Assembly: GCF_009914755.1 (NCBI RefSeq)
Contig: NC_060947.1
Length of the DNA stretch: 64,000 bases
Origin: the human T2T-CHM13v2.0 reference genome, Homo sapiens
Direction: 5' to 3' (one strand)
This document shows positions 27,741 through 39,800 of the stretch, one piece after another; the stretch's first letter is position 1, and each line of letters begins with the position of its first letter. Below the pieces are notes generated by a model. The model worked only from the letters and a program-made list of their open reading frames with translations. It had not been told where the DNA came from and searched no databases. The position numbers and the translations under genes are program-made.

Positions 27741-30182
27741 GTCAGACAGTCAGGTCATTGCAGACCATGATTCCATCTGAAAAGAAAAGGCTGAGAAGCA
27801 TAGACACATCCTGTGTTTATTTGATTCCTGGCTCTAGGAGAAAGTTTTATTTCACCAAGGACAGAGTCAGCTCGCTTGTTTACCACAGAGTATTGGAAGT
27901 GTGTGAAGTGTGTTTGTCCCCCAATTAACCATTAGTTGTTTTTTTTTCACTTGAACAAGATACAAACTTGACCCAATGGAGAAACATTGCAAGTTGTATG
28001 TGGGAGGATGCCATAAAATATCTACATTGATATTTAAATAAAATACCTGCCTACATTAAACGATCTTTGAAAAGAAACTGATGGGATTCAAGGCTGAATT
28101 ATATTTACTGAATTCCTACAAGGTACATAAATATATGCAACATGGAGTCCCTTGTAGATCCATGATGAAATCATATTTCTTTTAAACACAAGGGTCAATT
28201 CAAGTTAAAAAATAAAATAAATGTTTACAAGCTTTCTGCCTTTTTTAAATTTCAAAGTGAAAATAATATTTAATTGCATTTAAATATATACATATATTTT
28301 AATAACTCTGATTACCTATTTGATTGCATAAAAGAATGACGAGAACATCAACACTGCTTTTAGCCACAATATTTGAGAAGTAGCAGCCAGAAGTGTTTTT
28401 TTAAATATTTTATCTTGAAATCAGATCTCATGTACCTAGGTGAACTGAATATGCCCAGAGGATATCAGGGGACTCTCCACTACTGTAGATCCAAAAAACA
28501 GAGGGCTAAATAGAAATTCCACTTGCTGTCATCCAGCAAAATAGAGATGGCTTTGCTGAGTCCTTAGATCATGTTTAGTTTCAGGAGGGGTTGAGCTGTA
28601 ATGACTAAATTATCTGGTCACTCTAACCAAGCAGCTAATTAATCCAGTCAAACAAACTTATCAGTCATGAAGGTGAAATTGTTTTTTCATCTAGAATTTG
28701 ATCATAAGGGCTTTCAAGAAGGAAGCTCCTTGAGTCTCCCTTGTAAACCCTTTCTGCAGTATGCCTTTCTTTCCCACGTCTGTTGAAAATTATTTATTCT
28801 TGAACCAGCTTCAGTGGTGAACAGCAGCTGGTTGCTACCCTCTCATACCCATTTTTTGTCATCTGGAACATGGTTATTCAGCGTAGCTTCATCTTCAAAA
28901 GGTGCCTGATTTACTCTGGGATTGGGAATGGAGAGAATAATTTTGAAGCTCTTTCTCTTTGCCTGTTTCCTTCCTTCCATGACTTTGGGTTATTTTCTAG
29001 TGATCTTCAGTATTAAAAGGCATACTGACAGCTCTTTTCTCCCAGGCTGATTTTCAGCTTGTCTACTGAGCTTTTTTGGGTTTGGTTTTATGGAATGAAA
29101 TCCCCTTGTTTGGTTTTCCCCACATTCACACTGAGGCTGTGAATGTCCACCAACTCAATTCTGAGCTACAATTGAGTAGTGTATTAAGAATACATGTGAC
29201 TGCCACATGGGCCCTGGACTGCTGAATTCATGGTCAAATCATTGTTTTCCCAACCATCATGCTTGGGGGCACCACATCAGCCTACAGTGAACATGGATTA
29301 ATAAGTGCTGATTTAGAGTAAATAGTTTTCTGGTAAGTGGTACATTGAAGATTTCTCTTCCCCTTTCTATGATTTGTATAGTAGCCACAATTTTCTATAT
29401 CATTATTGCAGCTTCCCAGTACTACTTTATGTAGAAATCTTGCACATTCCTACCTCTGGCTTTTGCTCAGGCTACGACTCTATGGCAGTGGCAGAACCGT
29501 TTTAGGAATGTCTTCTGCTGTAATTTTCTCTTTGTCCCACCACTTCCACTTTAAACTTCTGGTGTATTCCCTAATCAAAGAGGCATCTAAGTTGTCTTTA
29601 GTGAGAAACCATCTATATATACAAAGCCATAACATGTGGATGAAAAGGACATACTGTCAACTCTCTTGTGCCAGACACCCAGATGTTGGCAAGTAGTACT
29701 TGGACCGAACAGCATAGTCGTTGAACAGCATCATCTTCCCCTTTTTTAATTCATCCAGATGTTTTGGCATCACAGACACATAGCCAGATTTCATCCCTGA
29801 TTTTGTCAAAGGCTTAAAAAAATGTGAAAAAATAATATGCTTCTCCTCTGATGAACAATTACCAATGAACTCTGTTCAAAAGGGAAAACATAATGTTTCA
29901 TTTAAAAGACCAATAATATTGAATTAAGATAAAGTTCCCATGAGAGTATATTTTACATTCTCATGAATCACGGATGAGTTTATTATGATCCATGCTTGTA
30001 TGAAAGACTGACAAATAAATTCATATTGATTTGACATTTAAAATAGCATGTCTAAAAATGTACAGCATCACATTAAGTATCAAGTAATTATTCAACTATC
30101 AGCTTCAAATGTACATGGGAGAAAATGGGTCCAGAACCCAAAATGTAGTGAAAGATTTAAATGCTCAAATTTCTACCACAGG

Positions 30183-30492
30183 TTTTTTTTTTTTTTTTTT
30201 TTTTGAGACAAGGTCTCACTCTATCACCCAGTCTGTGTGCAATGGTGTAATCATGGCTCACTGCAGCCTCAAACTCCTGGGCTCGAGTGATCCTCCCACC
30301 TCAGCCTCCCAAGTAGTTAGGACTTACAGTCATGTGCCGTCATGCCTGGCTAATTTATTTTATTTTTATTTTTGTAGAGACAAGGCCTTGCTTTGTTGTC
30401 CAGGTTGGTCTTGAACTCCTGGCCTCAAGCAGTCCTCTCACTTCGGCCTCCCAAAGGACTAGGATTATAGGCGTGAGCCACTGTGCCCAGCC
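30183..30492 (-). mobile_element. AluJ
   Basis: J diagnostics; T22 tail; TSD ttctaccaca at 30171-30180 and 30493-30502. Confidence 0.92.
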
Positions 30493-31044
30493 TTCTACCA
30501 CAATTTTTAAAGAAGCCAATACCATACATTAATCCATTTACAAGGGCTCACGCAAGAGTGCCTTTTGAGCCTGTGTTTGACAGGAAGTTTCTATTCAGAT
30601 CATTGTGCCTAGAGTATATAGAGGGGTTACAGCAAAGTGCTGTACTTTGGGTTACAGTAAAGTGACTCAATTGATGTACCAAGATATTGATCATTTACAC
30701 CCTTTAGGCCTGAAAAATATACTTTTCTTTGTGTTCCATGAAACTAAAAAGGCAGGGAAGCATTAAAGAGACAGCAATAAAAAGATTTGATGGTATGTAT
30801 ATGTGAGTTTGAGTGTTTGAGCTGGCGTTGTGAGTTTGTGGGTGGATTAGAAAGCATATGGCTAAAGACATGTGCAACAGATGCAAGGGCCTGGGCTTTG
30901 GCCTTCCCTTTGAAACTTCTTTATGGGGACATGTGCTGCCTTGCTTCCTGGATTAAGACCACATTTGCACAATTTGCACATTGTCCCTCTTGGGCCTGCT
31001 TCCCACCGGAGACTGCATCTTCCACAAAAACAAGGCAAGAAGTA

Positions 31045-31460
31045 AAGAACTTAAGAGAGCTGATTGTGAAGTCCAACTACATGGGTTCAAATCCTGGTAC
31101 CATCATTAATTAGCTGGGTCATTTTGGACCACTTAACTTCCAGGACCCTCATTTTCCTCATCTACACAAAGGGCTAATAACAGTATTTACCTCATAGTTG
31201 TTATGTAAAGTGCTTATCCCAGAGCCTGGCAGAGAGCAGACACTAGTTGATCATTATGATTATTGAGCAATTACTATGTACCAGGTGCTTTATTTTCATC
31301 TCTGATCCTCACAACAGCCCTACAAGGCAGATACTATTATCTTCAGTTTACAAGTGAAGAGGCTGAAGCTCAGTGAGATAAAATACACTGCTCAAGGTCA
31401 CACAACCAGGAAGAGCAGAAACCAGGCTCCAAGTCCCTCTGTCCCTCACTCCTAAGGCCT
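31045..31460. mobile_element. Tail-to-tail MIR pair (+ 31045-31255, - 31258-31460)
   Basis: tgggttcaaatcctgg...tttcctcatct; then tattgagcaattactatgtaccagg...ctcaaggtcacaca. Confidence 0.75.
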
Positions 31461-31588
31461 GTGCTATTTGCCATATCATCATCCCACTGGTGCCTCTAAA
31501 AGTTTCTTCTTCTAGGGTTCATCCCTCTTCTCTCTTCATCCTCCTCTTGGCCTACCCTGGCCTGAGAACTGCTTGGCACAATCCTATA

Positions 31589-32553
31589 CAGCAGGTCCTT
31601 GAATAACATTGTTTTGTTCAAAGCCATTTAGTTATCACGTTAATGGGGAAAATTTGGTTTTCCCCAGGGCCACTGTCCATGGACAGGATGGCGTCCTGAC
31701 CAGGGTGGTTCCCACCTTTTGTGCTCCTTGTGCTGCCAGGATGGGCTCCGGCCACCTGTGACCCTGAACTGGAATCAGCGGGTTAGAAAATAACTGAATG
31801 AGTGAATACAAATTATTGGAAAATGAAAACTCGTAAAGTACACAATGACCATACGAATCCATGATAATAAATGACACGATAGGAAAGCGCTCAATGAGCG
31901 CTTTTGTGATTCTTCTGGAACTGCTGGGTGGCAGGAGGTGCTCCTTATGATTTTGCTTTGCAAATGTTTATTCCTTGACCTGACCCGCCATTGCTACAAC
32001 CGCTGTCACTCATTGATTCACCAAAAATTAGGCAAATAATTCTCTTACTTGTTTTTATTAATCTTTCCTAAATGTATGTGTAGCTCACACTTATTGTTAA
32101 TGTTTAATTAACTTATTAATGTTTAATATTAGAAGTGTTTGGGTGGTTTTTGTTTGTTTGTTTTTTTGTTTGTTTTTGAGACAGGGTCTCACTCCTCTCG
32201 CCCAGGCTGGAGTGCAGTGGCGCAATCACGGCTCACTGCAGCCTCAACCTCCCAGGATTCAGGTGATCCTCCCACCTCAGCCTCCTGAGTAGCTGTGACT
32301 ACAGACGTGTGCCACCATGCCTGGCTAAATTTTTGTATTTTTAGTAGAGACAGGGTTTCACCATGTTGCCCAGGCTGGTATTTGGATCTTTATTTAGAAG
32401 TTTGGTGATATTTTTGTGACCAGAAATATGCTGTGGGTACTTAACTCTTGTTTATATCAATTAGCCTACAGTAAAATTAGTTTTGTTATTCGTTGTTTCA
32501 CTTAAAGTCCAGTTCCCAAGAACCTGTCAAGGACGTTCAGTGAGGACTTACTG
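31589..32553 (+). mobile_element. MER6 TcMar-Tigger element with internal deletion and nested Alu
   Basis: TA TSDs at 31587-88 and 32554-55; TIRs cagcaggtcct / aggacttactg; internal gaccctgaactggaat.agcgggtt. Confidence 0.85.
32147..32379 (-). mobile_element. AluJb-like, 5'-truncated, inside MER6
   Basis: Right arm plus part of the left arm; (TTTG)n tail; TSD t(g/a)tttgg(g/a)t. Confidence 0.88.
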
Positions 32554-33339
32554 TACTCAGAGACAGCAGAGAGCAAAGGGCAAGAAGGCTGGTTGGAGGA
32601 CGAGGAGGCCTAGAGCCCCTTGCCTGCTTTTGCACATGCATCTGCTCCTGGTGGATGACTCACTTAACCTCTCCGTGCTTCTGCCTCTTCAACTGGAAAA
32701 TGGAATCTGTAAGTTGCAGCACTAGCTTCTGTGACATTCTACTAGGCCTCCAGGAAGAGGAGGCCATCCCTCTATATGTCCAGTCAGCATATGGGGAACA
32801 GTGGGGCTGTGTGTGACTCACCCTGTGGTGTGCCAGCCTCAGGCTTATACTAGCCTAGGCTTATACTCCCAGATCCTGAGCTAGCAGCTGGAGCTTTGGG
32901 ATCTGGAACTGTTACAGGGCCAAAGAACCTGCTTAGCTTCAGGGCTGCTTCTAGATAAACTGCCAGGATGTGGGCAAAGCATTTGTCATGGAAGGTGGGG
33001 AGTGTATGTAGGTTGTTTCAGGGGCTGCTTTGTGGGAAGCCAAACCTTTTGGCAATGGGCTCAGAACTGGCTTTCCTTTTTGGGTGTCCTCTAAATTCCG
33101 AGGGTGCCCCCACACCAGAGGGTCTCCACTTCTGCCATCCCTAACCTAGTGGGGAGATGAATCTGATCTTTTGTCTCAAAGCCCACATTAAAGAGGACCA
33201 TTGCATGCTTCATCACCAGGCTGTGACTCCCAGACCTCAACTCATGTCTTTTTCCCTCTTCACCAGGGCAGAGGCTAGACTGTTTCCTCTCCTCTCCCTG
33301 AACAATAGCAGTGCCCAGATTTTGGAGGGCATACCGCCT

Positions 33340-33525
33340 ACCTGGCACTGTGCTAAGTACTTTGCCTGCATTTCCTTGGTAATCCTCATGTAATCCTACA
33401 AGGGAAGTACCATTTTGTCACGATTTAACAGAAGAGGATACAAAAGCTCAGAGCCTGGAGGTGACTTGCTCAAAGTCACATTGATAGTAAGTGGTAAAGC
33501 CGGGACTGAAATACAGGTCTAACTT
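33340..33525 (-). mobile_element. MIR SINE
   Basis: ggcactgtgctaagtacttt...taatcctca...gtgacttgctcaaagtcaca...tagtaagtgg. Confidence 0.75.
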
Positions 33526-34129
33526 TTGAGACAACCTTTTTTCTTTTTCTTTTTTTTCTATTTCAATTACATAATCCTAATCCTGTGCGTGTTTGAAGGG
33601 GAGAGACAGGGGAGGGAGTGAGATGGCAATTTGCTTGTGACCTAAGGAGGCCCTGAAATCTCCTGGGAATGAGGATGGGGGACCTACATGAGTTGCCCAG
33701 GGCACTGGTAATGCAGCCCACACCAGCAGTCAGTGATCTCCAACATGGAGGGCTCCAGGCCTGCCTAGCTGCTGGCTGCTACTGGAGGCCAGAAAAAGAC
33801 AGCTCCAGTGTCCTTCTAGGCTGGGGGTGGTTCTTGCCTCCAGGGCTTATGGAAGAACTTATCAGACAAAACTCTGCCCTTTCAAGCAGAAAAGTACTTT
33901 ACAAAGAACATAGAGAGGTGAAGTGGGTACTTTTCAATTTTTGCCTGATTATCTAATATCTAAATGCTTTTTCTTCACTTTGGAATCCTGACCTGACCTG
34001 TTTTGTGCCCTGTCCACCCACCACCACTGAGTCAAAGCTCAGGGCCTGGCATCCAGTATTAGTCATACCTATTTGTTGCCCGAATGAATGGGGCTGAACC
34101 CTGGTCTGACTCTAAAATACATGCTTGAA

Positions 34130-34385
34130 AAAAATTATTATGGAAATTTTCAAACACATACACAAAAGTAAAAAATATAGTATAATGAACCCCCAAGTAT
34201 CCATCACCCAGATTCAACATCTATCATGATTTTCCATGTTAGCTTTACCTATCTCTCTTTCTTTTTCCCTCTTATGCTTTACCCCACATGTTTCATTATG
34301 CAACTCAAAAATAGGGATATTTTTATATACAATGACGAAATTATTATCCCCCCCATCGCCAAACTAACAATAATTCCCTTCAAAC
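34130..34385 (-). mobile_element. L1MC5-like 3' end
   Basis: ttattatggaaattttcaaacacatacacaaaagta...tagtataatgaacccc...ccatcacccagattcaac. Confidence 0.7.
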
Positions 34386-35252
34386 CATGCTCTTGAGCAC
34401 TACACTGGAGTTCCTCCATTCTACTTTCTTTCCCAGTCCCCAACAGGAAGCATTTCTCAGGCATCTGCTCTTGCACCTCCTCAGAGCTGGAATTACAGTT
34501 TGATGTGTATTGGGTACTCACAATGTGCCCTTTTAGGTAAGCAGGGGGCCAGATTCCCCTCTCCCTGTTTTACAAAGAAGAATGGCGACACACAGCTATT
34601 AAGTGCCTTGTACAAGGTCACACAGTCAATTAGTGGCTGATAAATGGGACTCAAGCACTGTGGCTGGGTCTATACAGCCCCAAATACAGTTTGCAAGGAA
34701 ATTAAATGAAGGGACTCGTGTCCTGGGGACAGTACCGTGTGTTTTCTGTTGCTGTTGAAGTCATTGCACTTAGCCCATCAGGACAGCCTGATTGATGGGA
34801 TCAGTTGGACTCCTATGTTTGTTTTCCTCATCTGACTGGATTGCAACAATCACCTACAGGCAGGCTGGCCACACCCGTGAGTTTTTCTCTTCTTTTTTTC
34901 CATGTTCCTGGAGCTGACTCCGGAGCCCACATTTCTCCTGTCTTTCTAGGCTTGGACTTGCTCTCTGCCAAAGCAGATGACTCCCAGAGCAGCCACAGTC
35001 TGGGACAGGGCAAATGTGAGAAGCAGAAGGACTAGCTTAACTGCTTTTCTGTTCCTGCCTCCTTCTTGTTCCAAAGACTTACTCTTAGATGCTTGGCTCT
35101 CCTGAGCTTGATCTCCATGTCTAATTCTCTAGACCTCTTCCACTCCCCTGATATCCCACCCACATTTTCCAAGTAAGTCTCTCAGAGCCTTGTATTCCAA
35201 AATACAAACTGGCTAGTGGAAAGAAGGAATCATTGCTGTTGGCTAGTGGATG

Positions 35253-35744
35253 ACTGATCAGTCTGAGTCCAACCAGGAAAATAGAAATCACTGAGTATTT
35301 ATTTAAGGGAAAAGGGATTCAGTGCAGGGAATTGATCACACAGGTGATGGAAAAGCTGTGATGCCAAGCAGAGGACAATGAAGCAACCTAGAGATTAGTC
35401 ACAGCAGGGAGCTGCTACCATTCCTTGGCTAGAACCTCAGGGCTGGGACACTTAGTAGAAACTTGAGCCACAGTAACCTGGTCAGCAGTGCCAGAGCCAC
35501 AAAGAGACACAGTCACTGCTGGGGACACCACATGAAGCAGAGGGGGAGGGAGAGAAATACCCTGGTTTCTCTCTCCCTTTTGCTTTCTAATATCCTAACA
35601 GTGCCTTCCATTGGCCAAACCCATCAGAGCCTGGGGAACAGCCTGCAAAGGCCAACCTGCCCCATCAGCTTCCCTGCTACAAGAGCAGAGATGTGAAAAG
35701 GAAGTAATGGACTTGGGGGGGCAAACAGGCCTGGGGACAGCACA
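35253..35744 (-). mobile_element. Old ERVL-type solo LTR (LTR41/LTR79-like, subfamily uncertain)
   Basis: atcagtctgagtccaaccaggaaaatagaaatcact...gagaaataccctgg...gtgccttccattggccaaaccca...cagcaca. Confidence 0.65.
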
Positions 35745-36254
35745 GATCTCCTCCTCCCTGCCACCCCCAACTAACTTATTTGGATATGTCAGGGTCTATT
35801 TGGAAACAGTGCATTTACTCAACAAAATGATTCTAAAGCTGACAAGAAAGACCCTTAAGGAAAAGGGTGTGGGTGGAGCACGAACCCGCTTCCTTGACTA
35901 CCTGCAAGTCTTAGCATCCAGATTCTAGCCCAGTCCTCTTATTTCACTTCCTCCTGCATGCTCCATCCCTCCTCCTCCCACGCATAGGCTGACTCCAACA
36001 AAGGCAGGCCGGCCATTTTGCTTTCTGGCAATGTGTGATGCATTCATTGGCTCCCAGGACTGTGTAAACCCAACCTTCTTGCCTGCAGGGTTTCAGCTTG
36101 GCAGCCAGGCTCTGAACTGCAGTGCTGTCAGGCAGGTGAACCCGCTGGCACCACAATCCAGAAAACATATCTCCTGATTCCTCAGGTGTTCTACACGTTT
36201 GAATGTGTAGATGAAGGGAGATGGCTGGGAGGGGGAAAAGAAAGACATCAAACT

Positions 36255-36560
36255 ATTTATGTGCTTTCCCACACCTTATTTCATTTACTCTCCACAACTC
36301 CTCAAGGCAGATGCCCTTCTTCCCATTAAAAAATAAATTTTTAAATCTTAGAATACTTTTAGATTTACAGGACAGTTGAAAAGAGAGTACAGAGAATCCC
36401 TATGCATCCTTCACTCAGTTTCTCCTGATGTTAACATCTTACAAAATCATCTTTTGTCTGTTTTTACAAATGATGAAACTGGGGCTCAGAGAGGTTAGTG
36501 ACTTGCCCAAGGTCATAGAACTAGGACACAGCAGAAGAAACAGGCATAAATCCAGTTAGA
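36255..36560 (-). mobile_element. MIR with a nested L1MC/MD 3' fragment (about 36330-36450)
   Basis: ttttagatttacag...agagtacagagaatccc...tgttaacatcttaca; MIR core gaaactggggctcagagaggttagtgacttgcccaaggtca. Confidence 0.75.
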
Positions 36561-36744
36561 TCTTAACTGTATCACACCACCAAGTTGAATTATTTGTTTC
36601 CGACTCATTATATTGGAAGTCACTCTCTGAACCTTGAACCCTTCACTTCACCTCATAGTTGGGTTGTAAACATTATCAGAGAGGATTTCTTCCATAGATC
36701 CATAGTATGTTAACACTAAAAGATACATCTAAGACCATTTAATC

Positions 36745-36942
36745 TAGGGAAGGCAAATAAGTTTCATTTCATTTGCCGACTTTAATTGAGCAGTAGAGGC
36801 TGTTTGGAATTCCGTGCTGAGAATGATTCTAAATCTATGTTTTTGCTCATTAGGAAAAAAATGCTATGACTGATTATTGATACCTGCCATATATGTTGAC
36901 TAGGAGAGTGGTGGAACTCATGTTACCTATTAGCCGTTTCTC
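36745..36942. mobile_element. MER117-like hAT-Charlie MITE
   Basis: tagggaaggcaaataagtttcat...tgtttgga...gctgagaatgattct...ctgccat. Confidence 0.55.
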
Positions 36943-37039
36943 AGTGAATGTCTCTGCCTCATTAGTGGTACAGCTAAGAACAGAACTCAGGCTCCTGACT
37001 CATGGTCTCTTGTTCTTTCTGGTTTACAATGGACTCACA

Positions 37040-37310
37040 ATAACAACAATAATATAATACAGTGTATCACATAATGAGTGTCTACTCACTGCCAGGCACT
37101 CTCCTAAGCACATTCCACTTTCTGTACCTTACTTTTAATTCTCAGAACAACCCTTCAAGGTAGGCACATTCAACCCCAAACTTAGAAATGCAGAAGCCTA
37201 GGCTCAGTGAATTTTAAAAACTTACCTAAGGTCCACAGTGAGCAAGTGGTAAAACTGGAATTTAAACCTACGCTGGTCTGGCTCCAAAGCCTAAACCCTG
37301 TGGTCTCACT
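37040..37310 (-). mobile_element. MIR SINE
   Basis: tgccaggcactctcctaagcac...aggctcagtga...cctaaggtccacag...tctggctccaaagcc. Confidence 0.7.
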
Positions 37311-38189
37311 TCCTGCAAACACAATGTTGAATTTGCGCTCACAGCAGGTGGAGATGACCCTGGTCCCACTGCTTTGATTAAGACTAAACTGGAGTGAAAA
37401 AATCATTTTTGTTCTTACTAATTTTCTTAAAAAGATTTGTTCACAGTTCCTTACTTAGATGGAACTGATTTTTTCGGGCTGTCTCATATTAGATGTGATA
37501 CAAATTGACATGTTAGGAGAGCTGATGTGAAAGGCGACCTGGTTCACTTACAAATAAATGATTAATATAATCTCATTGTGCGGCTAGCCTGCATTACTGA
37601 TTCTCTCACTTGGGAGGCTCAGAAAAACAACAGGTCAGACAATAAAACCCATGCTAGCATAAGACTATAGTGTGGGATGACCATGGATGAGTCAGGGAGA
37701 ATAAGAAGATAATTAACTAAGAGGGAGTTCTATGGAGTTCGAAGATAATTAAAAAATGTTCCTTCTCTATCCTAAGAATATCTGACATTATTAGCGAAGG
37801 CAATGAATAAGATAAGGGGAAGAGGTGAGTTAATTAGAATTATGAGATACAACATTTTAAAGAAATTGACAGGGATCACATTTCAACGGAAAGACATTCA
37901 ATTCAACCGACTTCATTATAGCAATTCAACATTGATTAGGGACATGTTATGTGTGTGGCTGTGCTCTGTGTGCTTAGAGGACTACTGAGATGCTGTAATC
38001 TTCCTCCCTGACATTCTACTGAATAGATACCCAAGTTTTGGCAGCGCAGTAAATAATCTCTTACACACACATTTGGGTGCAATTTCTAAAATTGTTTCTG
38101 CAAAATAGTATTATGTGCCACTGAGTAGATATCTTGTATGCCAGATATTACTGTTCCTGCCAGGCTAAATGTTCAAACAACATGGAAGC

Positions 38190-38797
38190 CTCAGTGATAG
38201 CCAATCCATTATTTATCTACCTATATTCACTTCAGTTGCCAAAACTATTCTAAATATAAGGAATCCCTTCCTTAGAGGCCCCAATATGGCTTTCCGTATT
38301 GTTCTGAGTCCTTTCTAACTGGTTAATGCCCATGCCATATTGGTTATCATAAATTTTGAATAGCATCTTTTCTCTGCTCAGAAGTGTCGCTCAGTAATAC
38401 CCTACCTCTTCTGACTCCTCCTACAGTGTAATCTCTCACCAGTCCTCACTACATTCTGAACTGATGTTCCAGCTCCACTTAAATCTGTCATGTTTTGTTC
38501 CTTAACATATGCTATTCCCTTTACTTGGAATACACTCTCTTTCCTTGTCTGCCTAACAATTGCTGCTTGTCTCGCAAATATTTTCTCTGTGAAGCTTTCT
38601 CAGTGCCCTTAGGTACCCTCATGGCCCTCCTGAATTTATCTCTATTATAATGTTTTATATTTTATGGCAAGAGTTTGTTGGATCTTTGCCCACTTGAATG
38701 TGAGCCCCTTGAGAACAGGGACTATTTTATTTATGTCTGAGTCTCTAGGGAACAAAAGAGGGATTCAGGGCTTATGTGGTAAATGAATCAATGAATG
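38190..38797 (+). mobile_element. L2 3' fragment
   Basis: catatgctattccctttacttggaat...tctgtgaagctttct...gaatgtgagccccttgagaacagggact...aatgaatcaatgaatg. Confidence 0.6.
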
Positions 38798-38899
38798 CTC
38801 CCAGTTCTTCGTCATCTTTAGAGGCTACTTCCAGGGCTTTTAAATTTGGACTCCCTTTTCTTCCAAGAGGTGGTGAGAGCAGGGTAGGTGGACATGATA

Positions 38900-39125
38900 T
38901 TTAATGAATTTCTTTTAAGTGCCAGACATTGTGCTGAACCATTTACACAAACAATCTCACGTCTCAAGTCGATGTTTTTATTTTCATCCTCGTTTTACAG
39001 ATGAAAGTGGAAAATTCAGACCAGTGACTTGCCACATTCAGAGGAGTAACAAAGATACATAGCAAGTAGGCTGCAAAGCTAGGATTTGAACGTAGGCTCC
39101 AATACCTGCATCAGCTCCCTTGCAC
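38900..39125 (-). mobile_element. MIR SINE
   Basis: gtgccagacattgtgctga...ttttacagatgaaa...gtgacttgccca...ctaggatttgaac. Confidence 0.65.
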
Positions 39126-39584
39126 TGTGCACTCTTCCCTCGCTTGTGTGTATGGTGAGCAGAGTCAGCTCTGGGCAAAATGGTGAAATAAGCCAAGTTT
39201 GTCTTTAGTGTCTTCAGACTCCCAGTGTGTCTCGGGGACTCAGTACTACAGTGCCACCTACATGCTGCAACACCTACTATGGCTCCTACAGGCAGCCCAT
39301 CCTGCTGAGAGCTTCTCCTTCCTAACTCCTCTAAGACCTTGACCTCTGGTTTGTGTTTTCTGAAGGTAAACTGCCTTAACCTAACCTTTTCCAGAGCACA
39401 TATTATATTTATTGGTGCCTTCCCAGAAAGCAATCTTTAGCTTAGGAGCAGGTAGCTCCCACGGGAGGCATGTAGGTGTTTCTGTGTTGTGGTAAGGGGA
39501 AGGGGTTGTCTGGGGGCCTCTATCAAGATACACCATGGAGGCTTCTCCTACAACCAAAGGGTGTTTGGCCCCTTTCTCAGATGG

Positions 39585-39800
39585 CTGAGGGCCCTGGAGT
39601 CAGATCAATAAGCATTTGAATCTTGGCTCTGCCATTCACTGATTGCATGATTTCCCACAGTTAATCTCAGTGAGCCTTCGTTTCCTCCCCTGTAAAATGG
39701 ATCTAATAATAGTTCTCATCTCCTAGACGTGTTGTGAGGATGACATGAGATAACACACTTACGGTGTCCAGTACAAAATAAGCATGTAAAAATGTTAACT
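39585..39800 (+). mobile_element. MIR SINE
   Basis: ctggagtcaga...ttgaatcttggctctgcca...gtttcctcccctgtaaaatgg...ttgtgaggat. Confidence 0.8.

Noticed and set aside
29656-29812. Minus-strand coding exon bounded by tttaag| and |gtatgt
   Set aside because: All three frames hit a stop and the following intron would be only about 42 nt.
32835-32867. Short tandem duplication agcct(c)aggcttatact
   Set aside because: Common slippage-type duplication with no further structure.
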